Positions 48,271 to 58,605 of a stretch of 64,000 bases of DNA are shown piece by piece. The notes below the pieces were generated by a model. That model ran no database searches. It was not told where the DNA came from and worked only from the letters and a program-made list of their open reading frames with translations. This DNA is from an uncultured Gemmatimonadales bacterium. GTDB lineage: Bacteria; Gemmatimonadota; Gemmatimonadetes; Longimicrobiales; Gaopeijiaceae. The stretch spans positions 2,272,001 to 2,336,000 of the forward strand of contig CAWELD010000003.1 in the NCBI GenBank assembly GCA_963809895.1, read 5' to 3'. The translations under genes were made by a program, and so were the position numbers. Numbering within the stretch: position 1 is the stretch's first letter; every line of letters starts with the position of its first letter.

Positions 48271-49527
48271 GTGGACATCGCGGAACTCAAGGCCAAGACC
48301 GTGGGCCAGCTGCACGAGATGGCGGAGCAGCTCAACATCCCGAACTACACGGGCCTCCGCAAGCAAGACCTCACCTTCAAGATCGAACAGAGCCTGCTCG
48401 AAGGTGACGTGGCGTTGCGGGCCGAGGGCGTGCTGGAGATCCTGCCCGAAGGATACGGCTTTCTTCGCTCCCAGGCCTGGAACTACCTCTACGGGCCCGA
48501 CGACATCTACGTCAGTCCTTCGCAGATCAAGCGCTTCGACCTGCGCACCGGCGACACCATCGTGGGTCACGTGCGACCCCCGAAGGACGGCGAGCGGTAC
48601 CTGGCCCTCCTGCGGGTCCAGACCATCAACCAGGTTCCCCCGGACCAGGCTCCGGTCCGGCAGGCCTTCGAGCAGCTCCGCCCTCGCTATCCGGACGAGC
48701 GGCTCCGGCTCGAGACCGAAGACGATCCCGATCTGTCCATGCGCGTCATGGACCTGATCGCGCCCATCGGGAAGGGGCAACGAGGGCTCATCGTCTCTCC
48801 TCCCAAGGCGGGCAAAACCGTACTCCTGCAGAAGATGGCCAACGCCGTCGTGGCCAATCACCCCGAAGTGCACCTGATCGTGCTCCTCATCGACGAGCGA
48901 CCCGAAGAGGTCACGGACATGCAGCAGCACGTGGCCGCCGAGGTGATCTCGTCGACCTTCGACGAGCCGGCCGAGCGCCATACGCAGGTCGCGGAGATGG
49001 TGCTGGAAAAGGCCAAGCGCCTGGTGGAATACGGGCGCGACGTGGTCATCCTGCTGGACTCCATCACGCGCCTGGCGCGGGCCTACAACACGGTGGCGCC
49101 GCACTCCGGAAAGATCCTCTCCGGGGGAGTCGACGCCAACGCCCTCGAGAAACCCAAGAAGTTCTTCGGCGCGGCCCGCAAGATCGACGGCGGCGGGTCC
49201 CTCACCATCGTGGCCACGGCGCTCATCGACACCGGGAGCCGCATGGACGAGGTGATCTTCGAGGAGTTCAAGGGCACCGGCAACATGGAGCTGGTGCTGG
49301 ACCGACAGATTGCCGACCGGCGGATCTTCCCGGCCATCGACCTGAACAAGTCGGGCACCCGCAAGGAGGAGCTCCTCCTCACCGAGACCGAGCTGAACCG
49401 CGTCTATCTGCTGCGGAACTTCCTCGGTGACATGCCTCCGACCGAGGCGATCGAGTTCCTGCTGGCGCGCATGGAGCGCACGCGCACGAACCGGGAGTTC
49501 ATGGACGCCATGGCCCAGGGCGCGTGA
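48271..49527 (+). CDS. rho: Transcription termination factor Rho
   Basis: [33 protein letters not shown] and [13 protein letters not shown] start after AGGAG; 418 aa. Confidence 0.97.
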   Translation: MDIAELKAKTVGQLHEMAEQLNIPNYTGLRKQDLTFKIEQSLLEGDVALRAEGVLEILPEGYGFLRSQAWNYLYGPDDIYVSPSQIKRFDLRTGDTIVGHVRPPKDGERYLALLRVQTINQVPPDQAPVRQAFEQLRPRYPDERLRLETEDDPDLSMRVMDLIAPIGKGQRGLIVSPPKAGKTVLLQKMANAVVANHPEVHLIVLLIDERPEEVTDMQQHVAAEVISSTFDEPAERHTQVAEMVLEKAKRLVEYGRDVVILLDSITRLARAYNTVAPHSGKILSGGVDANALEKPKKFFGAARKIDGGGSLTIVATALIDTGSRMDEVIFEEFKGTGNMELVLDRQIADRRIFPAIDLNKSGTRKEELLLTETELNRVYLLRNFLGDMPPTEAIEFLLARMERTRTNREFMDAMAQGA

Positions 49528-49546
49528 CCGCTCAGCGACGCCCGGG

Positions 49547-50089
49547 CTACTCGTCCAGCACGGCCTGGTAGCGAGGGTTCACCACCAGTCGGCCCTCCTG
49601 GAAGACCTTGCGGTCCCACGGGAAGATGACCGTCTCGTCGGTCTCCAAAGCGTAGTAGTCGGGCCGATAGCCACCGGGGCGTACGAAGCTCGTGGCCGTC
49701 CGCACCTCCGCGGGGCCCACGTCGCGCACCGCGGCCAGCGCCAACCGCAACGTGTCGCCGGACGTGGTCACCTCGTCCACCAGCAGGACACGCTTCCCCT
49801 CGAGCCTGGCCGGCGCGGCCGACAGCACCTCGGGTCTCTCCCGCACCCTGCCCACGCCCTCCTTCCGGCTCACCAGGATCGAATGGAACTCCTGGCGGAG
49901 GATGGACGCCACGACCGCGCCCGGAATGACGCCCGTACGCGCGATGCCCACCACGATCTCGGGGTCGTAGTCACGCGCCACGCGGAGCGCCAGCGCCCGG
50001 CTGAGCTCCCCGAACATCTCCCACGAGACCTCCAGGAACCGCTGCTGTGCGCGAAGACCGGGGTCGGAGTTGGTGAAGGGTTCGAGCAT
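49547..50089 (-). CDS. Type I phosphoribosyltransferase
   Basis: PRPP loop VLLVDEVTTSGDTL, IVVGIARTG and IFPWD; start at MLEPF. Confidence 0.85.
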   Translation of the reverse strand: MLEPFTNSDPGLRAQQRFLEVSWEMFGELSRALALRVARDYDPEIVVGIARTGVIPGAVVASILRQEFHSILVSRKEGVGRVRERPEVLSAAPARLEGKRVLLVDEVTTSGDTLRLALAAVRDVGPAEVRTATSFVRPGGYRPDYYALETDETVIFPWDRKVFQEGRLVVNPRYQAVLDE

Positions 50090-50229
50090 GGTCGCCTCCG
50101 GCAGGGGGGGACGGTGGAGGGACCGCGGAACGTACGTGGCCCCGGGGGTGGCGGACAACTCCCGGTTGACCGACGTGGTCGCGATCCTCATCGTCAGGCG
50201 ATGATCTTCCCTCATGCGTACGGTCGAGG

Positions 50230-50691
50230 ATGACCGCCGTGTCCGATTCGCCCCAGAGCGGCGCCGACGCACTCCTTGAGAAAGCGCTGGAAGAGACGGG
50301 CGCCCGGGATCCTCGCGAGTTCTACCGCGCCCGGCTCAAGGAGCTCAGGGAGCAGAGTCGCGAAGCCTACGAGCGCGCCGTGACGCACTACCGGGACCGC
50401 CTCCTGCCCGCCATCGTCGAGGAAGGAGCCGATCCGCTGGCGGCCTGGACCGAGTACGGCCGGGTCCTGGCCGAGCTCGTCGCTCCGGGACGCACGCTCA
50501 CGGTCGATCCCACCGGCAGGGCCTCGGCCTACGAGGCGCCGTCTCGCCGGGACCACCTGATCCTGCACCTGCCCGACAGTCGTCGCATGCGCGCCATCCT
50601 GGTGGGGCTGCCCCCGGAGCTGAGCGCGGCTCAGCGGGCGACCTTCGACTGGTTGGTCCAGGGCCGCAACACGCTGCGAGACGCCTCCTGA
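50230..50691 (+). CDS. Hypothetical protein
   Basis: Coding-like 153-aa ORF filling the gap between minus-strand genes. Confidence 0.65.
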   Translation: MTAVSDSPQSGADALLEKALEETGARDPREFYRARLKELREQSREAYERAVTHYRDRLLPAIVEEGADPLAAWTEYGRVLAELVAPGRTLTVDPTGRASAYEAPSRRDHLILHLPDSRRMRAILVGLPPELSAAQRATFDWLVQGRNTLRDAS

Positions 50692-50719
50692 CGCGCCGGG
50701 GCCGGGCGGGCCGCGAAGC

Positions 50720-53700
50720 CTACCAGCCTGCGAAGCCCACCTGAACCCTGAAGCCTGCCCGATTTTCGCGTGCGTCCACCGCCAGCTCCGGGTGCGAGAT
50801 CAGGACCGGAACGTCCACGCGCAGCCGGAACGGCGAGCCGGGACGCGCCAACTCCAGGCCCACTCCCGCGGACCACAGGAGGGTCCTGGCCGGCAGCCGG
50901 TCCTCTACGCTGTCGTCGGTGCCCGGCGCCAATGGCAGGAGCAGCGGTAGGCCGGGCTGAGCCCCGGTACCGATCCCTCCGAACGCCAGGGGCCTGAGCC
51001 GGAGTCCCCGGGGACCGCCCAGGGCGAGCCCGGGCGCGGCCACCTCCAGGTCGGCCGACACGAGCCAGGCCAGTGAGACCGTGGGATCGAACCCTCGCAG
51101 GACACCACCACCGGCGACCCAGCCCCGGTCGTCCAGCGCCGAGCCGGCGGACCGGATCCACGGATTCCCCACGGTACTCCAGGGATCCGCCGACGACAGG
51201 AAGAAGCGGCGCTCCGCCGGTACCCGGTCACCGTTCCAGCGCGTGTCGGCCTCGGCTTGGTCGGCCCCCACGGCACCACCCGCGAACAGGTGGGACCTCA
51301 GGGTCCACCCGGCACCCAGCGGCCGGTCACCGTCGGCTCGCACGGTGCCCCGCAGCCAACGGTGGTCGCCGGTGTCGAAGCCACCCGCGCCGGTGGCGTC
51401 CAGGTTCCACGCCAGGCCCAGGAGGTCCGCCCGCAGGCGCCCCCCGAACCCCATCTCGCCGGAGACCTTTCGCGCCGGGGTCCAGCGGCCCGGCACCAGA
51501 TAGGCCGGGTCGTCGACGCCGGCCACCGTCGCGAAGATCCGCACGGCCCGGTCCGAGCCGGACAGCGGATGCGCCCGCAGATCCTTCTCCGCCGAGGCCG
51601 ACAGGAGATAGCGACCCTCGCCGGCGAAAGCCTCGAACCCGAGGCCTGGACGGGGTCGGTCCCCGAGAACGGGGCCCTGCGACCGCAGGTACAGGCTGCC
51701 GGCGTCCCACCCGCGGCCCGTGTCACCGCGATCCCCGAGGGGGATGGCCGGGAGCCCCAGGCGCACCACGCTCGTGCTGAGTCCCAGCAACGACTGCCGC
51801 ATCTGGACACCCGCCACCCATCCCCCGGCATCGTTGACCCATGCCAGCGGGAAGATCCCCACCGGAACCCGGTCCAGGCGGAGCGGCAACGGCCGGGTCG
51901 GATCGTCGAGCTGGAAGTCGTAGGCCGGGAGGCTCACGCCCCGCCCCCAGGCGTCGTTGGAGGGATTCCAGTCCAGGATGGTGCCCCGGGGATCCAGGCG
52001 GATGACGTCGGGCTCGAAGGTGGTCCGCAGCACGCTCCGGCTCGCCAGCGCGTTGCCGTCCAGGACCGTGTCCAGGACCTCGCCGCCGCGGCCCGAGACG
52101 CGCACGGGCACCGGCATGCGCACATCGCCCAGGCGCCGCAGGCGCAGGCGCGTGACCCACTCTTCGGGCGCCCCGTCCACATGGACGTCGTCCAACGCGT
52201 AGTCCACCACCCCCACCGCGTGGAGCCACTGGCCGAAGAACCAGTCCAGGTCGCGGCCCGACACCTCCTCGGCGACCTCCTGGAAGGCCTGGGAATCCAC
52301 GTGTCTGAACTGGTAGCGCTGGTACCAGGTCCGGAGGATGCGGACCATGGTGTCGTCGCCCACGAGCTCCCGGAGCATCCACAGGATCACGGAGCCCTTG
52401 GTGTAGATCATGGCGTTGTAGACGCCGTGCTCGGCGTAGTCCTCGGCACGCAGGACCACCGGCTCCGACACGCCGGTGACATCGTTCAGGATCGTCGAGG
52501 CCCGACTCCCGACCCACTGGCCCGGCCCACCCCCCGCCCGCTCATTGAACCACGCGGTCTGGAACGAGGTCATGCCCTCGTCCAGCCATCCCTCGTACCA
52601 CTCGTTGTTGGCGAGGATGCCGAAGGCGTAGATGTGCCCCACCTCGTGCAGGATCAGCCCCTGCGACGCGGAGCCGTTCATGACCATCATGGGAAACTCG
52701 GTTCCACCGCCCTCCAGACGATGCAGGTTCGTCACCTGCGGATAGGGATAGGGGCCGAAGATGGAATCCAGCCACTGGAGCGCCACCGCCGTGCGGCGCA
52801 CCGCCTGTCCCCCTCCCCACTGCCCCTCGTCGCCGGGCCGGTAGAGCACACGGATGACGGCGCCGTCGAACGCTCCTTGTTCGTAGATGTAGTCGGGGCT
52901 GGTGGACCACGCGAAATGATGCACGTTCTCGGCGTACCACCGGACCCGCTTGCGGCCCGCGGCGGGCTCCGGTCCCAGGAGGTCCAACGCCTCGGCGGGG
53001 CGGAGCCGGCGCGCGGGGTAGGTGCCACACACGCGCTCGCCCCCCCGCTCCACGCAGGGCGGCCCGTCCTGGGTGCCGTACCACGCCCGCTGGTAGTCGA
53101 TGGGGCCCGTGCCGGGCACGGCGGCCCGGGCCCACCCGGGCTCGCCCTCGACGGGGACGCCGGTGGCGCCCATGACCTGGTCCTCGGCCAGGTCCAGCGT
53201 CACGTCGAAGGTCGCGAACTCGCTGTAGAACTCGCCGGAGCGCACCAGCGGATGGGGCCGCCACCCCTCGTCGTCGTAGACCGCCACCCGGGGATACCAC
53301 TGGGCGAAGTCGAAATGCCGTCCGCGCCGCCCCTGGCGACGAGGTACCGTGGACGGCCGGGAATCCCAACGCACGTCGATGGTGAGGGAGCGGCCGGGCT
53401 CCAGGGGTTGCGGCAGATCCATGGCCACCACGGTGGAGTCCGGCGCGTTGGGGTAGCGCAGGCGCACCGGCCGTTCGTCCACGGTCAACTCGCGGATGCG
53501 CTCGAAGCCCTGGTCCTCGGAAGACAGGTCCTGGAAGGTGCGGATCCCGAACTCCAGGTCACGACGAGCCCACGCCGAGTTGGGGCGAAAGGCGTTCAGG
53601 TACAGGTGCAGATAGAAGGTGGTGAGGGTGTCGGGAGAGTCGTTCCTGTAGCGGATGCGTCCACGACCCTCCAACACGCCCGGCTCCTCGTCCAACCGGG

Positions 53701-53803
53701 CCTCGATGCGGTACTCCACCCCCTGCTGCCAGGCCCGCGGGGCCTCCTGCGGCGGCGACACCACCGTTGCCGCCAGGGCGGCCCAAATGCTAACCACGCC
53801 CAT
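50720..53803 (-). CDS. Secreted M1-family metallopeptidase with long C-terminal beta-rich domain
   Basis: GGTEFP, HEVGH...WLDEG and YTKG; signal peptide. Confidence 0.88.
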   Translation of the reverse strand: MGVVSIWAALAATVVSPPQEAPRAWQQGVEYRIEARLDEEPGVLEGRGRIRYRNDSPDTLTTFYLHLYLNAFRPNSAWARRDLEFGIRTFQDLSSEDQGFERIRELTVDERPVRLRYPNAPDSTVVAMDLPQPLEPGRSLTIDVRWDSRPSTVPRRQGRRGRHFDFAQWYPRVAVYDDEGWRPHPLVRSGEFYSEFATFDVTLDLAEDQVMGATGVPVEGEPGWARAAVPGTGPIDYQRAWYGTQDGPPCVERGGERVCGTYPARRLRPAEALDLLGPEPAAGRKRVRWYAENVHHFAWSTSPDYIYEQGAFDGAVIRVLYRPGDEGQWGGGQAVRRTAVALQWLDSIFGPYPYPQVTNLHRLEGGGTEFPMMVMNGSASQGLILHEVGHIYAFGILANNEWYEGWLDEGMTSFQTAWFNERAGGGPGQWVGSRASTILNDVTGVSEPVVLRAEDYAEHGVYNAMIYTKGSVILWMLRELVGDDTMVRILRTWYQRYQFRHVDSQAFQEVAEEVSGRDLDWFFGQWLHAVGVVDYALDDVHVDGAPEEWVTRLRLRRLGDVRMPVPVRVSGRGGEVLDTVLDGNALASRSVLRTTFEPDVIRLDPRGTILDWNPSNDAWGRGVSLPAYDFQLDDPTRPLPLRLDRVPVGIFPLAWVNDAGGWVAGVQMRQSLLGLSTSVVRLGLPAIPLGDRGDTGRGWDAGSLYLRSQGPVLGDRPRPGLGFEAFAGEGRYLLSASAEKDLRAHPLSGSDRAVRIFATVAGVDDPAYLVPGRWTPARKVSGEMGFGGRLRADLLGLAWNLDATGAGGFDTGDHRWLRGTVRADGDRPLGAGWTLRSHLFAGGAVGADQAEADTRWNGDRVPAERRFFLSSADPWSTVGNPWIRSAGSALDDRGWVAGGGVLRGFDPTVSLAWLVSADLEVAAPGLALGGPRGLRLRPLAFGGIGTGAQPGLPLLLPLAPGTDDSVEDRLPARTLLWSAGVGLELARPGSPFRLRVDVPVLISHPELAVDARENRAGFRVQVGFAGW

Positions 53804-53849
53804 GTGGGATTCTCCGTGCTGTCATGCGTCGAGCCGGCGCATCGCCGGA

Positions 53850-56567
53850 TCACTTCTCGAGGCTGTTTCGCACCTTCGCGGTCAACTCCGCCGAAGTAAA
53901 GGGCTTGCGGAGCACGTCCGCGTCCGGCGATCCGAGGCCCCCGCGGCCCTCGTCGTAGTAGCCGGTCATGAAGAGCACCGCCCCCTGCGGGTGGGCCTCG
54001 CGGAAGGCCCGGGCCACGCTTCTGCCGTCGCGGCCCGGGAGCACCACGTCCGTGAGGAGCAGGTCCACGGGACCGGCGTGCTCATCCATCCACGCCAGGG
54101 CCTCGCCGGCGTCCGCCGCGGTGGCGACCCGGAACCCCGCGTTCTCGAGCACGCGACGGAAGAGGGCTCGGAGCGCCGGCTCGTCCTCCACGAGCAGGAT
54201 GGTCTGGCCCGATGCCTCGCCTGCCCGATCCTGAGCTGCCACGTCGGCCTCGGGCCCGCCAGCCTCGGCGCCCGGGGCGTCCCGGGCCGCCTGTGGCAGG
54301 AAGAGCCGGAAGGTCGTGCCCACACCCCCCTCGCTCTCCACCGCGATGTGCCCTCCGGCCTGCTGCACCACCCCGTAGACGGTGGACAGCCCGAGGCCGC
54401 TACCTCGCCCCACGTCTTTGGTGGTGAAGAACGGGTCGAAGATGGACGCCATGTGGGTCTCGGAGATCCCCGTCCCTTCGTCCTGGACGGTCAAGACGAT
54501 CCAGCGACCGGCGGGCACCGGTGTCCCGGCCACGAGCTCGGTCCGGTCCAGCCGTGTACGGCGCGTGGCGATCCGGACCCGGCCTCCGTCGGGCATGGCG
54601 TCCCGGGCATTCACCGCCAGGTTCACCAGCGCCTGCTCCAACTGGGCCTTCTCAACGCGCGTGAACGCGCCGGCAGCCCCCAGGGCCAGCTCCAAGCGCA
54701 CCCTGGGCGGCAGGAGCCGACCCATCATGGTGGACACGTCCCTGATCACGGCGTCCACCTCGACGCGCTCCGGTGTCAGCGTCTGCCGCCGCGCGAACGA
54801 GAGGAGCCGCCGGGTGAGGTCGCGACCACGTCGGTGGGCGCGCACGATCTCCTCTGCCGCCTCGCGCGTCTCGCCCGGAAGGGCCGGATCCTGCACGATG
54901 CCCTCGGCGTAGCCTCCCACCACGGTGAGCAGGTTGTTGAAGTCGTGGGCCACACCCCCGGCCAGACGGCCGATGGCTTCGAGTCGCTGGGCGCGTCGCA
55001 ACTCCTCCTCGAGCTGCAGCACCTCGGTTCGGTCCCTCGACACGGCCAACAGGCACGCCTCGCCCTCCACCTGGATTGCCTCGGCCGACACCAGAAATCT
55101 CCGTGTCCTCCCGTCCCGCATGCGGAAGTCGCAGGGACGGTCGCGCACCCTCCCCTCCCGAGCCAGCTCGGCCACCAGGGCCTCCCGTTGCTCGGGCAGG
55201 GCCCAGATGCCGAGTGCGGCGGTGCTCCGGCCGACGACTTCTCCCCGGGTCCACCCGGTGACCTCCTCGAAGCCGCGGTTGACCTCCAGGAGCGCGCCGT
55301 CCGACGCTCGCGTGATGCTCACCGCATCGGGAAACGCCCGGAAAGCGGCCTGTAGCCGCACGCGCACCGCCGCGCTGTCACGTTCCACACGGACCCGGGC
55401 CAGCAGACCCGCCAGAAGGCCACCGGCCAGCCCGTACCAGCTCTCTTCCACGGCGGCATCGGACCCTTCCAGGGAAACTCCCCTGAACCCCAGGACCCCG
55501 GCCAGCCCCCCCGCGATCCGACAGGGCACCAGCAGGTCACGGGTGTCGCCGTCGCCGGCTCGTTCAAGGGGATTCCCCTCCTGGAGGGGACGAGGCACGC
55601 GGTACGCCAGGTCCCCGACGACGTCGTCCGCCTCTGCCGGGGTGAGGTCGTCGCCGCCACGCCACGCCGCCCACACGCGGGGCCCCCCTGCACCCACCTC
55701 GACCAGGAAAGCGGAGCGCGCGCCCACGAAGCCGGCCATGCGCGCCAGTGCCACCTGAGACGCGGCGTCGGCGGAGGCGGCATCGATGCCTACCAGCCGC
55801 GTGCTGACGTCCTGGAGGAGCTCCTCTCCCTCCAGCCGGCGGCGCAGGCGCTGATCGGTCTCCTCCAGCACCTGCGTGGCCTGGCGGGCCCGGGCCGCCT
55901 CCTGCTCCAGGAACCACGCCACCACGGCCACCACGACCAGGAAGAGCGTGCCCGCCGACACGAAGGGAAGGCCGACGAGCCAGGCTCCGTCGCCACGGAC
56001 GAGTCCCAGGACGACCAGTTCCACGGCCCACAGACCCAGGGCGCCGGCCAGGAGCGAGCGGGCACGGCCCGCGCCCACCGTGCGCTCCCGCATCACCGCC
56101 CACGCCGCCACGATGCCGGCGGCCGCGGCCATGAGCTCGGAGAGGCGAACCCGGATCAGCGCTCGCTCCGGGCCGGACAAGGGGACGGAGGCCAACGCGG
56201 CGGCCACCCCGGCCACCGCGATGATCGTCACCGTCGCGATCACGCTGCGCGCTTTCGGGGTGCGGCCGCCCAGCATGACGCTCGCCCCGAAGGAGACCAG
56301 GGCCAGGAACGAGGCGTGACCCGCCAGATTGACGGCGCTCGAGACGATCCTGAGCGGCGACGTGGCGGGCAGCCCGGTGAGGAGCGCGTACAGTCCGGCG
56401 CCCGATGCGGCCAGGCCGAGGCCCAGGGCCGTCCAGCCCCATCCCCACAGGCGCAGAACCACGCGCCGATGGACGGCCCCGTAGAGGAGGCTGGCAGCGA
56501 GGACGGACGCCATGAGCGCCTCGAGCCCGTACGCCAGTACGACGGCGAAGCGGAAATCGACGCTCAT
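53850..56567 (-). CDS. Hybrid sensor histidine kinase (multi-TM, GAF-like, PAS, HK, REC)
   Basis: AHDFNN, NLAVNARDA, DEGTG, FFTTK, GLGL and receiver LLLTDVVLP...KPF. Confidence 0.92.
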   Translation of the reverse strand: MSVDFRFAVVLAYGLEALMASVLAASLLYGAVHRRVVLRLWGWGWTALGLGLAASGAGLYALLTGLPATSPLRIVSSAVNLAGHASFLALVSFGASVMLGGRTPKARSVIATVTIIAVAGVAAALASVPLSGPERALIRVRLSELMAAAAGIVAAWAVMRERTVGAGRARSLLAGALGLWAVELVVLGLVRGDGAWLVGLPFVSAGTLFLVVVAVVAWFLEQEAARARQATQVLEETDQRLRRRLEGEELLQDVSTRLVGIDAASADAASQVALARMAGFVGARSAFLVEVGAGGPRVWAAWRGGDDLTPAEADDVVGDLAYRVPRPLQEGNPLERAGDGDTRDLLVPCRIAGGLAGVLGFRGVSLEGSDAAVEESWYGLAGGLLAGLLARVRVERDSAAVRVRLQAAFRAFPDAVSITRASDGALLEVNRGFEEVTGWTRGEVVGRSTAALGIWALPEQREALVAELAREGRVRDRPCDFRMRDGRTRRFLVSAEAIQVEGEACLLAVSRDRTEVLQLEEELRRAQRLEAIGRLAGGVAHDFNNLLTVVGGYAEGIVQDPALPGETREAAEEIVRAHRRGRDLTRRLLSFARRQTLTPERVEVDAVIRDVSTMMGRLLPPRVRLELALGAAGAFTRVEKAQLEQALVNLAVNARDAMPDGGRVRIATRRTRLDRTELVAGTPVPAGRWIVLTVQDEGTGISETHMASIFDPFFTTKDVGRGSGLGLSTVYGVVQQAGGHIAVESEGGVGTTFRLFLPQAARDAPGAEAGGPEADVAAQDRAGEASGQTILLVEDEPALRALFRRVLENAGFRVATAADAGEALAWMDEHAGPVDLLLTDVVLPGRDGRSVARAFREAHPQGAVLFMTGYYDEGRGGLGSPDADVLRKPFTSAELTAKVRNSLEK

Positions 56568-56603
56568 GTCAACCTCTGGGGAGCCGGCTCCCCGGAAAGG
56601 GGC

Positions 56604-58418
56604 TCAGTCCTCCACCAGGTAGGCGACGCCCCACGCGCCGACCCCCAGGTGGGTCGCGATCACCGGGGTGGCCGGTGCCGTGAGGGTCTCGGCAGGCCCG
56701 AAACGGTCGGCGAGCGCGCTCGTGACCGGGCGCAGGATCTCGGGACACCCCACATGGACCACCCCGAACCGTACCCGGGCATCACGGGGGATCCGTTGTG
56801 CGAGCGCGTCCAGTAATACGTCCCGGACTCGCCGCCTCCCGATCGCCCTCCCCACAGGAACCACCGAGCCCTGCGGGGTCAAGCCCAGGATCGGCTTGAC
56901 GTTGAGCACGGAGCCCAGCAGGGCGCGGCCACGGCCTACCCTTCCCGAAGCCAGCAGCCGGTCGAAGGTGTCCACGGTGAAGAGGATGCCGGAACGGGAG
57001 CGGATCCGCTCCAGCGACCGCACGATCTCGGCCGGCGGCGTGGCCAGCTCCGCGAGCTCGGCGGCCCGCAGCACGAGGAGGCCCTGCAGGAGTGACGCAC
57101 CCAGCGAGTCCATCAACTGTACGGGCACGCCGTGGAAGCGCCGCGCCGCCGCCGCACCCGAGGCGAACGTTCCCGACAGGGACGAGCCGAGCAGCACTCC
57201 CACGATGGCCTCGCCGTCCTCGGCAGCCCGGGAGAAGGTCTCCAGGAAGTCCGCGGGAGCGGGCTGCGAGGTCGTGGGGAGGTCCTCGGCTCCGGTCGCG
57301 AGACGGGCGTGGAACTCGTCGGCGCTGAGGTCGACGCCGTCCCGATAGGTGCGGTCGCCCGAGATGAGAAGGAGGGGTGTGACGTGGATCCCGTGCGCCC
57401 GCACCACCTCTTCGGGCAGGTCGGCGGCCGAGTCCGTCACCACCGTCACGGGCCGACGCGCCAGGCGCACGTGCGCTCCAGGGGCCGAGGCGCGCTCCAC
57501 GGCCCGGTGCTGTGCCCGCATGTCCTCGGCCTTGTGGGTGGCGAGTGTGCCCAGGCGTTGCAGATAGGCGAACACCTGGTCGGGCTCGTCCGTGTGGACG
57601 TGGACCTTGAGCACCTCGCCCGCCCGGATGACGATGAGCGAATCCCCCATGCCCCGCAGATGACGCTTCACCACCGACTGCTCCGGCAGGGCGTGCCCGC
57701 GCACCAGCGCCTCGGTACAGTAGCGGAAGCGCTCGGCCTGCTCCGGATAGTCCACGTCCGCCGCCGCCATGGACGCCCCGTCCGCATCGTCGACGGCCAC
57801 CAGCGGATCCCCGTGAATGAAGAGCAGGACCCCCTCGAGCAGCGACACGAAGCCCTTGGCGCCGGCATCCACCACACCGGCCTTCTTCAGCACCGGCAGG
57901 AGCTCCGGCGTGCGGGCCAGGGAGGCGCGGGCCCGCTCCACCACGTGCTGCATCAACGGGACGAAATCCCCGACGCTCGACGAGGACGCGGCGCTGGCGG
58001 CATCGCGCATCACGGTGAGGATCGTGCCCTCGACGGGCCGTTCCAGCGCTTCGTGGAGGTGCTCCACGCCGGCCTCGAGGGCCGCGCTGAACTCGGCCGC
58101 GGACACCCGGGCCTGATCCGGAAGGGAGCGGGCGAAGCCCAGCATGAAGTGGGAGAGCATCATGCCGCAGTTGCCCCGCGCGCCCAGCACGGCCGCCTGG
58201 GCAGCCTCCCGGGCCACGGCCGACACGGTGCGATCCCGATTGCGCCTGAGGTGGTCGGCGACGGCGCGCAGCGTCAGCGCGAGGTTGGTGCCGGTGTCCC
58301 CGTCGGGCACCGGGAAGACGTTGATGCGGTTCAGCTCGCCACGGTGCCGTTGCGTATATTCGCAGGCGGCGACCAACGAGCGGCGCAGGCGAGGACCGTC
58401 GACGTAGGCGATCTGCAT
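56604..58418 (-). CDS. DAK2 (FakA-like)-DegV (FakB-like) fusion protein
   Basis: NVFPVPDGDTGTN, ARGN, EGTILTV, VVDAG and KVHVHT, then VTDSAADL, PTTSQP, SSLSGT and THLG. Confidence 0.9.
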   Translation of the reverse strand: MQIAYVDGPRLRRSLVAACEYTQRHRGELNRINVFPVPDGDTGTNLALTLRAVADHLRRNRDRTVSAVAREAAQAAVLGARGNCGMMLSHFMLGFARSLPDQARVSAAEFSAALEAGVEHLHEALERPVEGTILTVMRDAASAASSSSVGDFVPLMQHVVERARASLARTPELLPVLKKAGVVDAGAKGFVSLLEGVLLFIHGDPLVAVDDADGASMAAADVDYPEQAERFRYCTEALVRGHALPEQSVVKRHLRGMGDSLIVIRAGEVLKVHVHTDEPDQVFAYLQRLGTLATHKAEDMRAQHRAVERASAPGAHVRLARRPVTVVTDSAADLPEEVVRAHGIHVTPLLLISGDRTYRDGVDLSADEFHARLATGAEDLPTTSQPAPADFLETFSRAAEDGEAIVGVLLGSSLSGTFASGAAAARRFHGVPVQLMDSLGASLLQGLLVLRAAELAELATPPAEIVRSLERIRSRSGILFTVDTFDRLLASGRVGRGRALLGSVLNVKPILGLTPQGSVVPVGRAIGRRRVRDVLLDALAQRIPRDARVRFGVVHVGCPEILRPVTSALADRFGPAETLTAPATPVIATHLGVGAWGVAYLVED

Positions 58419-58605
58419 GGAAAGCGAGTATCGGGTGTCACACGGCGAGCCGCCACCCCTTTCCAGGAGCGCGGCCCCCATGCTGTCTCCCGGTTACCGT
58501 CGGCCCGGATTCCAGGTCTCCACAGACGCGTGTGAAGACAAGCCCGTCCCGGTTCGTAGCTGAAGCGATATCATTCCCCGCGACCTTCTTGAGCGAGATC
58601 TCGAC

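Noticed and set aside
51257..53899. Long antisense or alternate-frame ORFs (also 5596..7611, 17533..19707, 23019..25043, 35581..37446, 60886..63036)
   Set aside because: Shadow ORFs expected at this GC content; they overlap genes with clear family motifs and have low-complexity R/P/G/A composition.
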